Notes: a model not told the origin generated them from the letters alone. Positions 26,644-37,924 are shown, counted from the first letter of the stretch. The stretch: 64,000 nucleotides of DNA from Epiperipatus broadwayi (GCA_028023455.1 JAQFVV010000003.1:17794001-17858000); one strand, 5' to 3'. A program made the numbers and translations.

Positions 26644-27603
26644 TTACTATAATCAAAGAAAAGAAAAATAAATATCATTTAGAATTACCAAATGAATTAA
26701 ATAAAATGCTTTGGACCACTGTATAAGTGAAACTATGCACTTTATAAATTAGAACTACTCAGCTGGAAAAAAGCATACTTTTCAAACAGATAATAGTTCC
26801 TTTCAGGCTATGCTCTATGTTGTTTAACGCAGTGGTAGTTTGGGTGATTCGAGAGCTAAAAGTCCATAGATTACAGCTCAGTTGTGTCATTTCTAGTCCT
26901 CGAATATCATATGACCTCTGAAGTGGCAATTCGGTCAATTACTACAGTGAGTCTATCAACAATGGCAATTAATTAATAATTACATAAACAGTCTTTCATA
27001 AGTAAAAGATACCAGAGAAACAGAAAGTAGCTAAGACATATAGGTGTGAGAGAGTTTGATAAAGCAGCCAACTACACAGGTGTATAACACTACATGTAAT
27101 AAAACACTAACTTCTGATGATATATTAGTATTGCATAGAGAAAAAATATATATACTTACAACTTTTTATTTCACAACATATACTTTAAGCATTACGTTTT
27201 TATTCATGTGATTAAAATATATGTGGTGAATTAGGAAGTTACCATTTACATTTAAGATATTACTCATGAAGAAAAGTGGAATGAAATTGAATTAATTATT
27301 CCACATGATTATATTTAATAATAATAGATATATTAATTTTTATTGTTTAAACTTGATATCTGGACTATAAATAATATGTTAATTCTAACTTAATAAATAA
27401 TAAGTAATAATCATTTAAATATAAGGGAAGTACTTTTAGATAAAATATAAAGGAAAATATAAAAGACAGGCTTATTTATACCTGTGTCTATATATATATG
27501 AAATAATAGGGTATGAGCACAGACTAACATGACCCACCACTCTCCACTCCATCTAATAACACTGACACACTTAAACACATATATGTTGAAAAGATAAATA
27601 ATC

Positions 27604-27647
27604 ACCAATATACGTATTTCATGCTAAACCAGCAATCATCAGTTGGT
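27604..27647 (-). ncRNA. Hammerhead ribozyme motif in the inverted arm
   Basis: Minus strand: ACCAA-CTGATGA-TTGCTGGTTTAGCAT-GAAA-TACGTA-TA-TTGGT. Confidence 0.8.
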
Positions 27648-27981
27648 CCAGATTATCATCTCTACACATATATACTATAAGTGCTCAGATATATATTAAG
27701 ATAGACAATCCTCATACTTTAATGGACAGGTTTCAATCTACTCCACACTCCAACTCCTGTACATGTGGGGTTCAGATTGACCTTAGGTCAACATGGGTGT
27801 GACAAGAATCTCGGCCTCAGGGTGGCCTTTGAGCATTCCATCATCAGATTTTCAATTGGATGGATGGTTGAAGAGTTGGAGTGTGGAGTAGATTGAAGCC
27901 TGTCCATTAAAGTATGAGGATTGTCTATCTTAATATATATCTGAGCACTTATAGTATATATGTGTAGAGATGATAATCTGG

Positions 27982-28025
27982 ACCAACTGATGATTGCTGG
28001 TTTAGCATGAAATACGTATATTGGT
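27982..28025 (+). ncRNA. Hammerhead ribozyme motif, unit 1 (predicted cleavage after A28020)
   Basis: ACCAA-CTGATGA-T-TGCT(GGTTT)AGCA-T-GAAA-TACGTA-TA-TTGGT: 5-bp stem I, palindromic stem III, AUA triplet; U-U mismatch at 10.1/11.1. Confidence 0.8.
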
Positions 28026-28450
28026 GATTATTTATCTTTTCAACATATATGTGTTTAAGTGTGTCAGTGTTATTAGATGGAGTGGAGAGTGGTGGGTCAT
28101 GTTAGTCTGTGCTCATACCCTATTATTACATATATATAGACACAGGTATAAATAAGCCTGTCTTTCAGTTATTACATTATAGAGATGTCTGCCCATCCTT
28201 GCATATGTATTTAATGGATTATGTCCTGTACATGTGGGGTTCAGATTGACCTTAGGTCAACATGGGTGTGACAAGAATCTCAGCCTCAGGGTGGCCTTTG
28301 AGCATTCCGTCATCAGATTTTCAATTGGATGGACGGTTGAAGAGTTGGAGTGTGGAGTAGATTGAAGCCTGTCCATTAAAGTATGAGGATTGTCTATCTT
28401 AATATATATCTGAGCACTTATAGTATATATGTGTAGAGATGATAATCTGG

Positions 28451-28494
28451 ACCAACTGATGATTGCTGGTTTAGCATGAAATACGTAAATTGGT
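28451..28494 (+). ncRNA. Hammerhead ribozyme motif, unit 2 (U16.1 mutated to A, predicted uncleavable)
   Basis: GAAA-TACGTA-AA-TTGGT instead of -TA-. Confidence 0.7.
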
Positions 28495-28942
28495 GATTAT
28501 TTATCTTTTCAACATATATGTGTTTAAGTGTGTCAGTGTTATTAGATGGAGTGGAGAGTGGTGGGTCATGTTAGTCTGTGCTCATACCCTATTATTACAT
28601 ATATATAGACACAGGTATAAATAAGCCTGTCTTTCAGTTATTACATTATAGAGATGTCTGCCCATCCTTGCATATGTATTTAATGGATTATGTCCTGTAC
28701 ATGTGGGGTTCAGATTGACCTTAGGTCAACATGGGTGTGACAAGAATCTCAGCCTCAGGGTGGCCTTTGAGCATTCCGTCATCAGATTTTCAATTGGACG
28801 GACAGTTGAAGAGTTGGAGTGTGGAGTAGATTGAAGCCTGTCCATTAAAGTATGAGGATTGTCTATCTTAATATATATCTGAGCACTTATAGTATATATG
28901 TGTAGAGATGATAATCTGGACTGTGTATAGATGATAATCTGG

Positions 28943-28986
28943 ACCAACTGATGATTGCTGGTTTAGCATGAAATATGTATATTGGT
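28943..28986 (+). ncRNA. Hammerhead ribozyme motif, unit 3
   Basis: Core intact; stem III is TATGTA (CpG decay leaves a G-U pair); AUA triplet retained. Confidence 0.75.
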
Positions 28987-29099
28987 GATTATTTATCTTT
29001 TCAACATATATGTGTTTAAGTGTGTCAGTGTTATTAGATGGAGTGGAGAGTGGTGGGTCATGTTAGTCTGTGCTCATACCCTATTATAACAAACAATTA

Positions 29100-30700
29100 T
29101 AAATAAGAAACAAAGAGTACACAATTGTCAGAAGCAATCCCCATTTTTAATGAGTCCATTACTGTTTGACACTTTGTGATAATGATGAATATATGAGCCA
29201 ATTAATTATTCTCATGATTTTCCATAAAGAATGGCATGAAGCAGTAGACAATATTAAAACAATCATATGACTACAAATACTCATCATTAACTTTCTCTCA
29301 TGATAAAATAATTTTTTAAAATGTGATGAGATAAAATACAGTCGGTTGCTAATAGCATGTCCCAGGATAGTACTTGAGTTGTGAGTTGAAAAGTCAAAGA
29401 TTCTAATATCAGATTAAACAAGGCCAAAGTTATATCCAATTATTGAAATTGATAAAATATAGCTGACCACAAAGATGTCCAATTGAAGTTGCAAAGCCAT
29501 TTGGAATGTATGAGATAGATTATCATCTTGCAATGACTGCATATTAATGATCGACTACACACTTATGCCATCAACAGGGCAGAATCATATACTTAATTTA
29601 CTTCACTGAGATCATCCTAGAGTTATGCATATGAAAGATTTAGCTGGATCATAGAACTCATAGTCAAATTGTAGAACAAATGGTAAAGAAATGCATAAGC
29701 AGTCAAGCAACCAGTAAATTGCCATCTAAAAAACTGGAAGAATAATCTACATTGATGCAGCTTTGGAAATGTTTACATTTAAACCACACAGGACCAATGA
29801 ATGGATATATAATTTTGATAGTTTTTATCATTGGACTGACCATAAGATAGTAAAAAATGTGAGTGCAGAATGGACAATTAAAGCATCTACAGAAGTCTTT
29901 ACTATACATAATTATCCAGCAATTATTGTAACTAATAACTGGACCAGTTTTACCACTCGGAAATTTATTAATTATTTATATGATAAAGGAATATGGTGCA
30001 TTCTTATCATCCTAAAAGTGATGCATAGTCGAAAAAGCCGTTTAACATCTGAAGCTTGCACTAAACAAAATTTGTTATAAGGATGTACTAGAAGTGCTAG
30101 TTGATGTTATGTTCTATCAATATTTTATTCCATGCACAGCAAGTAGCAAGACATCAATTGAATTATTAATGTACTGACATTTTCACACTCATCTTCCTAA
30201 GTTGTTGCCAACTACAACTGAAAATTTGATAAGAGTTTTGGTTGTGAAAAATTTAAATTAGAGAGAGAGTGTGGATTCACAAAATATTAAAAAATAAATG
30301 GGTACCAGGAGTGATAATGTGAACTTTGTCACGACAACTACAACTGGTAAAATTAGAAAATAGAAAAGAAATAACAAGACATGTAAATCATTTAAACCTC
30401 CTCGTCTAAATGAGTTACCTAATGTTGACATTTTTGAAAATAAATTAGCAAAGAATGAAAAAAACTCTGACATGAATCAAAGCAAAAACAATACTTCATT
30501 AGCTGAACAAAAAAATTTTAGAGACTAAGCAAAAATAAATGATCACAGTATGGATCAAATAATTGAATCTGAGGAAAATTGCATTATTTATAGATCACTA
30601 CAACAAGAACAAACTATCACAACTTCACAAGAGGAGGAAGAAAGAGTTTTTTTCTAGACATACATATATAGGAAACCTGCTAGATTAATGGATTATATAT
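29100..30700 (+). mobile_element. Gypsy/Ty3 LTR retrotransposon pol relic (integrase)
   Basis: Zinc-binding remnant LLH*DHPRVMHMKDLA...IVEQMVKKC and core-domain remnant DSFYHW...SAEWTIKASTEVFTIHNYPAIIVTNNWTSFT (ORF 29763-30080). Confidence 0.85.
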
Positions 30701-30740
30701 ATATATGATTGAAAGTATTATTTCTAGAGTAGGGGTAGGA

Positions 30741-31258
30741 TTGGGATCTCTGTCCATATATTGTATAGATATAGGTTATAAATAAAATGAATTCCATAAT
30801 TATGTAAATAAGTACAGATTGTTCCTGAATTAATTTTAATATATTCTAGAAAAAGATCTCCATACACTAATATTAAAAATTTGCAAATACAGTAAACAAA
30901 TTATTATGTAATGAGCCATTTATTTGCAAAAGATAGGATTCGTATAAAAAAAAAAACAATTTAAAACTAGGACTGGCAGACAGAGAGATGATGAATTAGT
31001 GCATGAAAAATATATGTGTGCGTGTTAAATAAGCACAAAGAAAACTTGGAGATAGTATGATCTTTTTCCTTTTAATAACAGATTGTCAGCTAAAGTAAAA
31101 TATTGTATTGTCAGAAGCATAATTGTTCCGGAAAACATATACAAATATATTGTAGTAACAAGAAACGTGTGTAAAAAGACTTGGTAATTAAAAGTTGTTT
31201 ATAATATTGTCCTGTGTGCGTGAGAAGCGAAACACACCACTAAAGATTAATAATACAG
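30741..31258 (+). mobile_element. Possible 3' LTR of the Gypsy relic
   Basis: Follows a purine-rich tract (AGTAGGGGTAGGA) and ends in ...TAATACA. No second LTR was found in the window. Confidence 0.3.
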
Positions 31259-31279
31259 TATATTTGTTTCTTATGGAAT

Positions 31280-34200
31280 TCCAAATTGTCTTGTTACTAA
31301 ACTTGTAATTTATTTAAAGTTATTGATGCTCTTACAACTGGTATCTAATTAATACCCTTGGGCATAGCTGTATGAAATTTAATAAGTCAGTATTGTGATT
31401 CAGGTAATCATACAAATATCCAATTGTCATTACAGTGCTTATTTTTCTATGTGTTTTCCAGCATGGTGTCCTTTCATCTCTGAGGAGAGGATTTCAACCA
31501 GAAAGTCTATAAAGCATATTAGTGATAGTATCAATGTGGAAACTAGTTTTAGTTTAAGCAATATACTAAAAAGTAATTTTCACAAAATTAGATTTTCTTT
31601 CTATCATTTTGATTAGTGTCCAATTTTAGAATCAACAGATAATAAATTATAATCTTATGATCAATATACCAAAAAGTACTTTTCCCAAAATTAGATTTTC
31701 TTTCTGTCATTTTGACTGATGTCCAATTTAGATAATAAATTATAATCTTATGATCACTTTCTGCTGCTGAATTATTTTTCTCTTCTAGTTTCAACTTACT
31801 GAATTAATTTCAAATTACTTGAATTTCACCTCAATTATCTAAAAAATACTTTCATCTTTCTTGTATTAATGAATTATCCATTGATCAAAAATTAAGCTTT
31901 CTAAAGCTCACAAGCCAATCTTCCCATCTGCCCAAGATTTTATTTGATAAACATTTTAAATTTCTTTTGATTTGTTTATTCAACAAATTAATTATCTCAC
32001 TTTCTTAAAATAACATGCTTTCTTATTTATTTACTTTACAAAAATGATTATTTTGAATATGCCTTTAATATAAGTTTTAATAATTTCATACATATTTAAT
32101 AATTTTAATTTTACAATCTAATCCTTTGGTTTATGTTTGAAAATATGTAATATCATAAACCAAACTTTACACTCTACAATCAACTTATTTTTATTCAGAA
32201 AGATTATGTCTTAACCATTCAACTTTCAAGAATCAAATATTATATTTCTGATTCAGCACCATATTAATAGCACTAGTTTTATCCACTTTTAAATTTTCCT
32301 GATCTGTAACTAATTATAAACTATTTTAGCTAGTTTGTCATAAATAACATTATGTTTCGTCAAGCATTGGTGGTCGAGAGGTCAGCGACAGCTGCTTTCC
32401 AAGCAGTTGTCCTGGGTTAGTGGGTTCGCTTCCCAGCTAATGCTATGACACATGAGAAAAAAATAACATTATGTTCCCTGTAGTAATAACCTTTCCTCTC
32501 ATTTCCAAAATGAAAAAGATACAAAATAAATAAACTTTGATGGACAACCAACAATATTTCAGAAACTGAATCAAATGACTTACCAAATCAGTACAGGCAA
32601 TACATCCCTCTGTTAGTTCCAAGACTTTTTTTTTTGCATTTGACTATCAATAAATATCATGATTATAGTGCTTTTTGACTTTCTAAAACTACATTGGGCT
32701 ATCTGGTAACCATTTATCTATGATTGAAAGCAAACCCTTCAATAAAATTCTTGGAAGCAACTTTGTTATAGTGTGTAACAATGACATTCCATAGTAATTA
32801 CTGCAACCACGCCTGTCCCTTTATTCTTATAAATTGTATAATAGAAGTATCCATAAGATCATGTGGACATTTTCATAGGTTCACAGATTCCTAAAAATTC
32901 CAATAATTTTGAAGCTAACATATCATTACCATATTTTAAAACTTCTTCTACTCATCTCTCAGAATCTGCAGCTTTTCCATTTTTAAGATTTTAAAGAGCT
33001 TTTTTAACTTCTCTAAAAATATCTTTATCCAAATTCTAAATGAGTATATATAATGAATTCATCACTAAAAGCCATAATCATATTCTTGTATCACTATTCA
33101 AAAGGTGATCAAAATACTCTCTCAATCTGTTCAAACATTATTATCATATAAGTGCCATCCATGCATTTAAAAAAATATGATATTACATTTGAGAAATAAG
33201 TTAAGCGATCATGATCGGTAAACATCCATATCTCTTTTACAGCTTTAATACACTGAATTATTTCATGACAGTTGTTAAAATTACTGCCTTAAATATTGTT
33301 TAAGAAGTTCCATATTCAATTAACAGAAAATACCCCACATTTAAATCATTGTTAGAGAATAAGATGGATGCTTTTTCTTTCTAATGAACCCAAAAAAATA
33401 ATTTAATTCTATTTGCAGTATAATCCGTAAAAGAATTTGGTGCATCATTAATATGCTAAACCTGAAAATCCAAATTAGTAATTTTAGTGTTTAATGGTTA
33501 TTGAAATTTAGCACTGATAACTAAATATTAAGTTTCTTGTAAATATGTTTAGAACAGAAATTGATTTTAAATGCACTCATGGTCTATTTCCAATCTGCAC
33601 TTATAAGAGCTCATGCAATGTGAATTTTTTTTAGTGTATCTGTTGTATGCTATTGTTTTGAGCATGGATTCAGTCAAGTTTTTTTTTTTTAGTGATTTTC
33701 TGCCCAAGCAAGATATTTTCAATCAAAATGCAATAATAGCAATACCATTATTTCCTATAGCTTTGAACTAAAGTTTACTGTTTGTACCAACATATACAGA
33801 AATGTCTCCAAGAAGGAAAACTTTTTTGTGTGTGATATTGCTCTAATAATACTATCCACAAAGAAGTAAAAGCTTTTTTTCCTCTGATATTTTTTAATCT
33901 AATGATGAAATATAAGCACTGATAAAATGAAATATAAGTATCACTGCCCATATCATGTTTTACTATCTTTCATTGATACATTGAGGAATTCTAAGAATAG
34001 AAAATACCAAATTAAACTTCACAACAAACCTAACACCAAGTAGTTTCCTTTTACTCAATGACCTGCCTTTCCAAAACAACATATAGTTATCTATCTAGCC
34101 TATTAAACTTCCTTTCTCTGGAAGACAAATGTCACTAAGAGTAGTTATATTGATTTTAAATCTCGGCAATTCCTCAGCTATAAGTGATATTTTACATTCA

Positions 34201-34560
34201 GGACTTGGAAGATTTTGCATAAAGTCATATATTTCCAAATATCTATTTTTAAAAAATTAAAGTACATGTGTTATAGCTATAATTTCCTACTACACTATTA
34301 TTAATATTACTGATTTTAAAATTATTTGTATTACTTTAATAAATGATCTTAAAGCCATGATGACTTTGCCCACTTTCAATAGATTCTTTCCACATTCATA
34401 CTAAGAAAAGAATGCCTAATCTTACAATCTTTGCTGAATTGATACTCATAATCTAAATCCAGCAAATTATACTATATCATATGAACATTAAAACTAAAAA
34501 CTCTTACTGTACTAAACCTGTTCCCATCACTGCTTTCTTAGCACCAAGAATTGGTGCAAG
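31280..34560 (-). mobile_element. Degenerate LINE ORF2 (endonuclease plus RT)
   Basis: Minus-strand RT remnants near 32640-32760 (Q.GFR.SKSTI...IFID-like segment) in a continuous, stop-riddled coding-like tract; ~100-bp tandem duplication at ~31570-31760. Confidence 0.7.
32364..32444 (+). pseudogene. tRNA-Gly(TCC)-derived retrocopy/SINE with a 15-bp TSD
   Basis: GCATTGGTGGT...AGCTGCTTTCCAAGCAGTTGTCCTGGGTTAGTGGGTTCGCTTCCCAGCTAATGC resembles eukaryotic tRNA-Gly-TCC but has a duplicated GGGTT in the T arm. TSD AAATAACATTATGTT at 32342-32356 and 32461-32475. Confidence 0.85.
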
Positions 34561-35625
34561 AAAAATGAGAATAAAAATTAAAAATCACAATTGCTATTAT
34601 GTAATTAAATGATGAATTTATTATTACATAAAGACACGATTCCATTATTAAAGATAATATAGGGAGATGACTATTGGGATAAGAAGATCATGATGAGACA
34701 TACACTAATGTAAATGATTAAAAGTAAAGTAAAACAACACAGAGAGATGATTGAAAAAGACTTTATATTAGAAATAATAGCTTACATTTGATCAAGACAT
34801 TTTCAGCTAGGCAATGCTTACTAGATCATCAATCTTCAAATTGGAATATCATTTCACAACCCACTATCTGTGAACTCCATCATTATCCTAAGTACAACAG
34901 CCCATCATATTATGCATAAAGTCATTTATGGTTTCAACATTTCAGCAGCTACTTAAAAGATTTATTTTTATTTTTCTATTACTAACAATTATTCTTTCAC
35001 AATTTTTTGTCTTATATTGGAAAGTAATCATAGATAATTTGAAAATAATTTAAATATTTATTTTTAATAAATTTTTGATTTAAAGTTTACATTGGACCTC
35101 TAAAGTTAAAATACTAAAATAAATTGTGTTTTAAGAGGATTGCAATCAATAAATAAACTATTACATGGTCATAATCCTTTATTAACTACTTTGATTATAT
35201 TCGAAGAGAGAACTTAACATATATATGCTATTGGTACACACACAAACAAATGTCAAGGTCTGTTACTAGTGTCATTACTGTGCATTAAAAAGTGTTCACA
35301 TATCACAAAATAGATGGAAGAAAATAATATAGTGGGAGAAATGCAAGAAGGTTTTCGATTGGATAGGCATATAGGAGATAGTTTGTTTGTAGTTACAGAA
35401 CTTATAGATACGAGTAGAAATATATAGACAATTATATATGGTTTTTATAAATATAGAGAAGGCATATGATAGAGTAAATAGAAATAGATTATGGATAAGT
35501 TTAGTTAATTTAGGAAATGGATGCAGCTTTAGTGGATATTATTAAAAGATTATATGAAAATAATTACTAATATAATATAAAGAGCTCGTAAATAAACTCT
35601 TAACAAGTTTGCAGAATATTACCAA

Positions 35626-35663
35626 CCCCAGACCGGTTTTGGCTACTGGCTTCCTCAGTGAGG
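35626..35663 (-). ncRNA. HHR motif, copy 1 (G12 to A, probably inactive)
   Basis: Minus strand: CCTCA-CTGAGGA-AGCCAGTAGCC-AAAA-CCGG-TC-TGGGG. Confidence 0.6.
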
Positions 35664-35965
35664 TGTCAAGCATTACATTAAAAATACCACGACAAACCCA
35701 GCACTTTATTTGAATTTTTCAGATATTCATGTCTTCCACTCCAGCTATCTAACTTAAATAGCCATATGTGACTGAACCAAGTTCAGAGACACCATATATT
35801 AATAGCTTTAGCAATATAAAATTACCAAAGCCTTAATAGCAAAAAATAAAATTACAAAAATATCAAGTCATATGTCACATGACCTAATTTAACAAGCTAG
35901 TATTACAAATATTATATAAAGAGCTCACAAATAAGCTCTTAACAAGCTTTGCAGAATATCTCCAA

Positions 35966-36003
35966 CCCCAGACTAGTTTCTGCTACTGGCTTCCTCAGTG
36001 AGG
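35966..36003 (-). ncRNA. HHR motif, copy 2 (core intact, GUC cleavage site)
   Basis: Minus strand: CCTCA-CTGAGGA-AGCCAGTAGCA-GAAA-CTAG-TC-TGGGG. Palindromic stem III, 5-bp stem I and a weak 2-bp stem II. Confidence 0.7.
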
Positions 36004-36289
36004 TGCATTTGTAATACAAGCTTGTTAAATTAGATCATGCGACATATGATTTGGATTTTTTTGGAATTTTATTTTTTACTATTAAAGCTTTGGTGATTTT
36101 ATATTGCTAAAGCTATTAATATATGGTGTATCTGAACTTGGTTCTGTCCCATATGGCTATTTAAGTTAGATAGCTGGATTGGAAGAGATAAATGTCTGAA
36201 AATTTTCAGATTTTCTACTTAATAGTTATCCATTAGATAAAGTGCTGGCTTGCCCTGGTATTTTTAATCTAATGCTTGAAAATCTAGCA

Positions 36290-36327
36290 CCTCACCAAGA
36301 AAGCCAGTAGCAGAAACCAGTCTGGGT
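36290..36327 (+). ncRNA. HHR motif, copy 3 (CUGA core decayed)
   Basis: CCTCA-CCAAGAA-AGCCAGTAGCA-GAAA-CCAG-TC-TGGG. Confidence 0.5.
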
Positions 36328-37712
36328 TGGAGATATTCTGAAAAGCTTGTTAAGAGCTTATTTGCGAGCTCTTTATATAACATTTGTAATAAAAGCTTGT
36401 TAAATTAAGTCATGCTACATATGACTTGATTTTTTTGTAATTGAAAATAATTACTATATGTATCAATTAGGGAATATATATTTAATTAAAGTTAAAAATG
36501 GGGTGAGACTAAGGCAAGGATACCCTATGTCACCTATTTTGTTTTTGTGGTATTTGAGAGTAATGGAAAGAGCAATAGAAAGACTGAAGAGGGATAGAGA
36601 TACCATTAATAGGTAGCAAGAGAGTATATACATTATCAGGTCTTTTATTTGTGGATGATGTGTTCTTGTGCATAGAAAGAAAGAAAGATATGGACATTAT
36701 GCTGAGGATATGCATAAGAGTGAGTAAAGAGATGGGATTAAATTTAGTGAAGAGAAATCAAAAGTAATGATGATTAATACTGGGGAAAGTGAAGTAAAAG
36801 AATTTTTAATGAAGGATACAAAGTTAAGTGTGGAGAATAGGTATAACTTTTGGGAATCATCTTAAATAATCAGAGAAATTCCTTGGATGAAGGGAAGAAA
36901 AAATTGATTGATGAAGCAAAGAAAAGAACAGGACTAATAAAGAAATTAAAAGTGTTTTCATATAATAAATATAATGTAGCTAGAATTGTATGGAAGGGAG
37001 TGGCAGTAGCAGGATTGACATATGGCAATGATGTGTTATGTGTTAGTAAAGAGTTATACTTAGAAAAAGTACAAAGGGAAGTAGGAAGACATTCATTGGA
37101 TGCAGATGTGTGGATGGCAAAGGAGGCATATTAAGGGGAAATGGGATGGTCAAGTTTTTATATGAGAGATGCAAAAAGCAAAATGAAAATGTTCAGTAGA
37201 TTGCTGTTTATGGGTAACAAGAAATTATCCAAATAGTATTTAATTGGGTTATGAGTAAAGGGCAGGCAACAAGATGGGTGGAAAAGGTAGTACAGTATGC
37301 AGATTTGGATAAAGAATTTATGTCAATATACTTATACAAAAAGGGAGGTGATTGTGTTAGGAGAATTGTTGAGTGTTATAGTGGCAAGGAATGGAATAGA
37401 AGAAGAGATGCATTAATAAAGAATAGAGATTTATAGTTTATTAAAGAAAAATTTTAATAAATCTAAAAATTAAAATAATTTATCAAAAAAAAAATCAAAG
37501 ATTTTTATTTTTAATTATACATTTAATGAACTGCCATTGAAGAAGAATAATAAACCAAATGAAATTGAATATTAACTTTAAAAAAAATCAAAAGGAAAAA
37601 TAGAAATTCTTTTTTCAGAAATTTGTATTTGTGGCTATATATTCTTATAATACAAAAGCAATGAAATCATAATATATATTTAAAATGTTAATACAATTTA
37701 AAATAAACTTAC

Positions 37713-37788
37713 CTCTTCCTGCGCTTTTGTGAATAATTTTGATAGACAAGTAAGCAGTATAATAATTTTTGAAAGCAATATCAGCAAT
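37713..37788 (-). CDS. NICN1: Internal coding exon of a nicolin-1 homologue
   Basis: 76-bp exon with TAG acceptor and G|GTAAGT donor. It translates as IADIAFKNYYTAYLSIKIIHKSAGR, matching the recalled human NICN1 segment LQEITFKNYYTAFLSIR. No other exons were located. Confidence 0.8.
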
Positions 37789-37924
37789 CTATAATGATAT
37801 ATAGATATTATTAATATCTAATACATTAGGTATTTTTAACCCCTGAAATAAAGAATAATAATTTTGGCTCAATGATAATCTATCTCAAGAAGAAGGGCCT
37901 CTAGGTTTGGCCTATTTTTGCTAT

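Larger units (their letters stand above)
27462..29087 (+). mobile_element. Young Penelope-pLTR / retrozyme-like array: a 295-bp inverted arm plus ~2.8 tandem 469-bp units, each with an HHR
   Basis: Units start at 27756, 28225 and 28694 (period 469) and differ at only a few positions. 27462-27756 is the reverse complement of 27873-28165. There is a GIY-YIG tail remnant (VEELECGVD*SLSIK) and a 23-bp internal duplication near 28899-28944. Confidence 0.92.
35570..36441. mobile_element. Non-coding HHR-bearing element: ~1.3 tandem ~340-bp monomers (-) followed by ~1.2 inverted monomers (+), with a 15-bp TSD
   Basis: TSD TGAAAATAATTACTA at 35555-35569 and 36442-36456; the LINE RT reading frame resumes across it. 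Inversion junction at 36006/36007. Confidence 0.9.
35290..37440 (+). mobile_element. Degenerate LINE RT and C-terminal region, split by an HHR element
   Basis: QEGFRLDRHIGDSLFVV, IEKAYDRVNR, VRLRQGYPMSPILF, LLFVDDV (YADD position) and GEMGWSSF. Same family as 3200-5940. Confidence 0.88.

Noticed and set aside
27411-28947. ORFs 27411-27608 and 28726-28947 as genes
   Set aside because: They are antisense readings of the HHR repeat unit, with no recognisable protein family.
32364-32444. Functional tRNA-Gly gene
   Set aside because: The D and T arms are disrupted (GGGTT duplication) and the sequence is flanked by a TSD.
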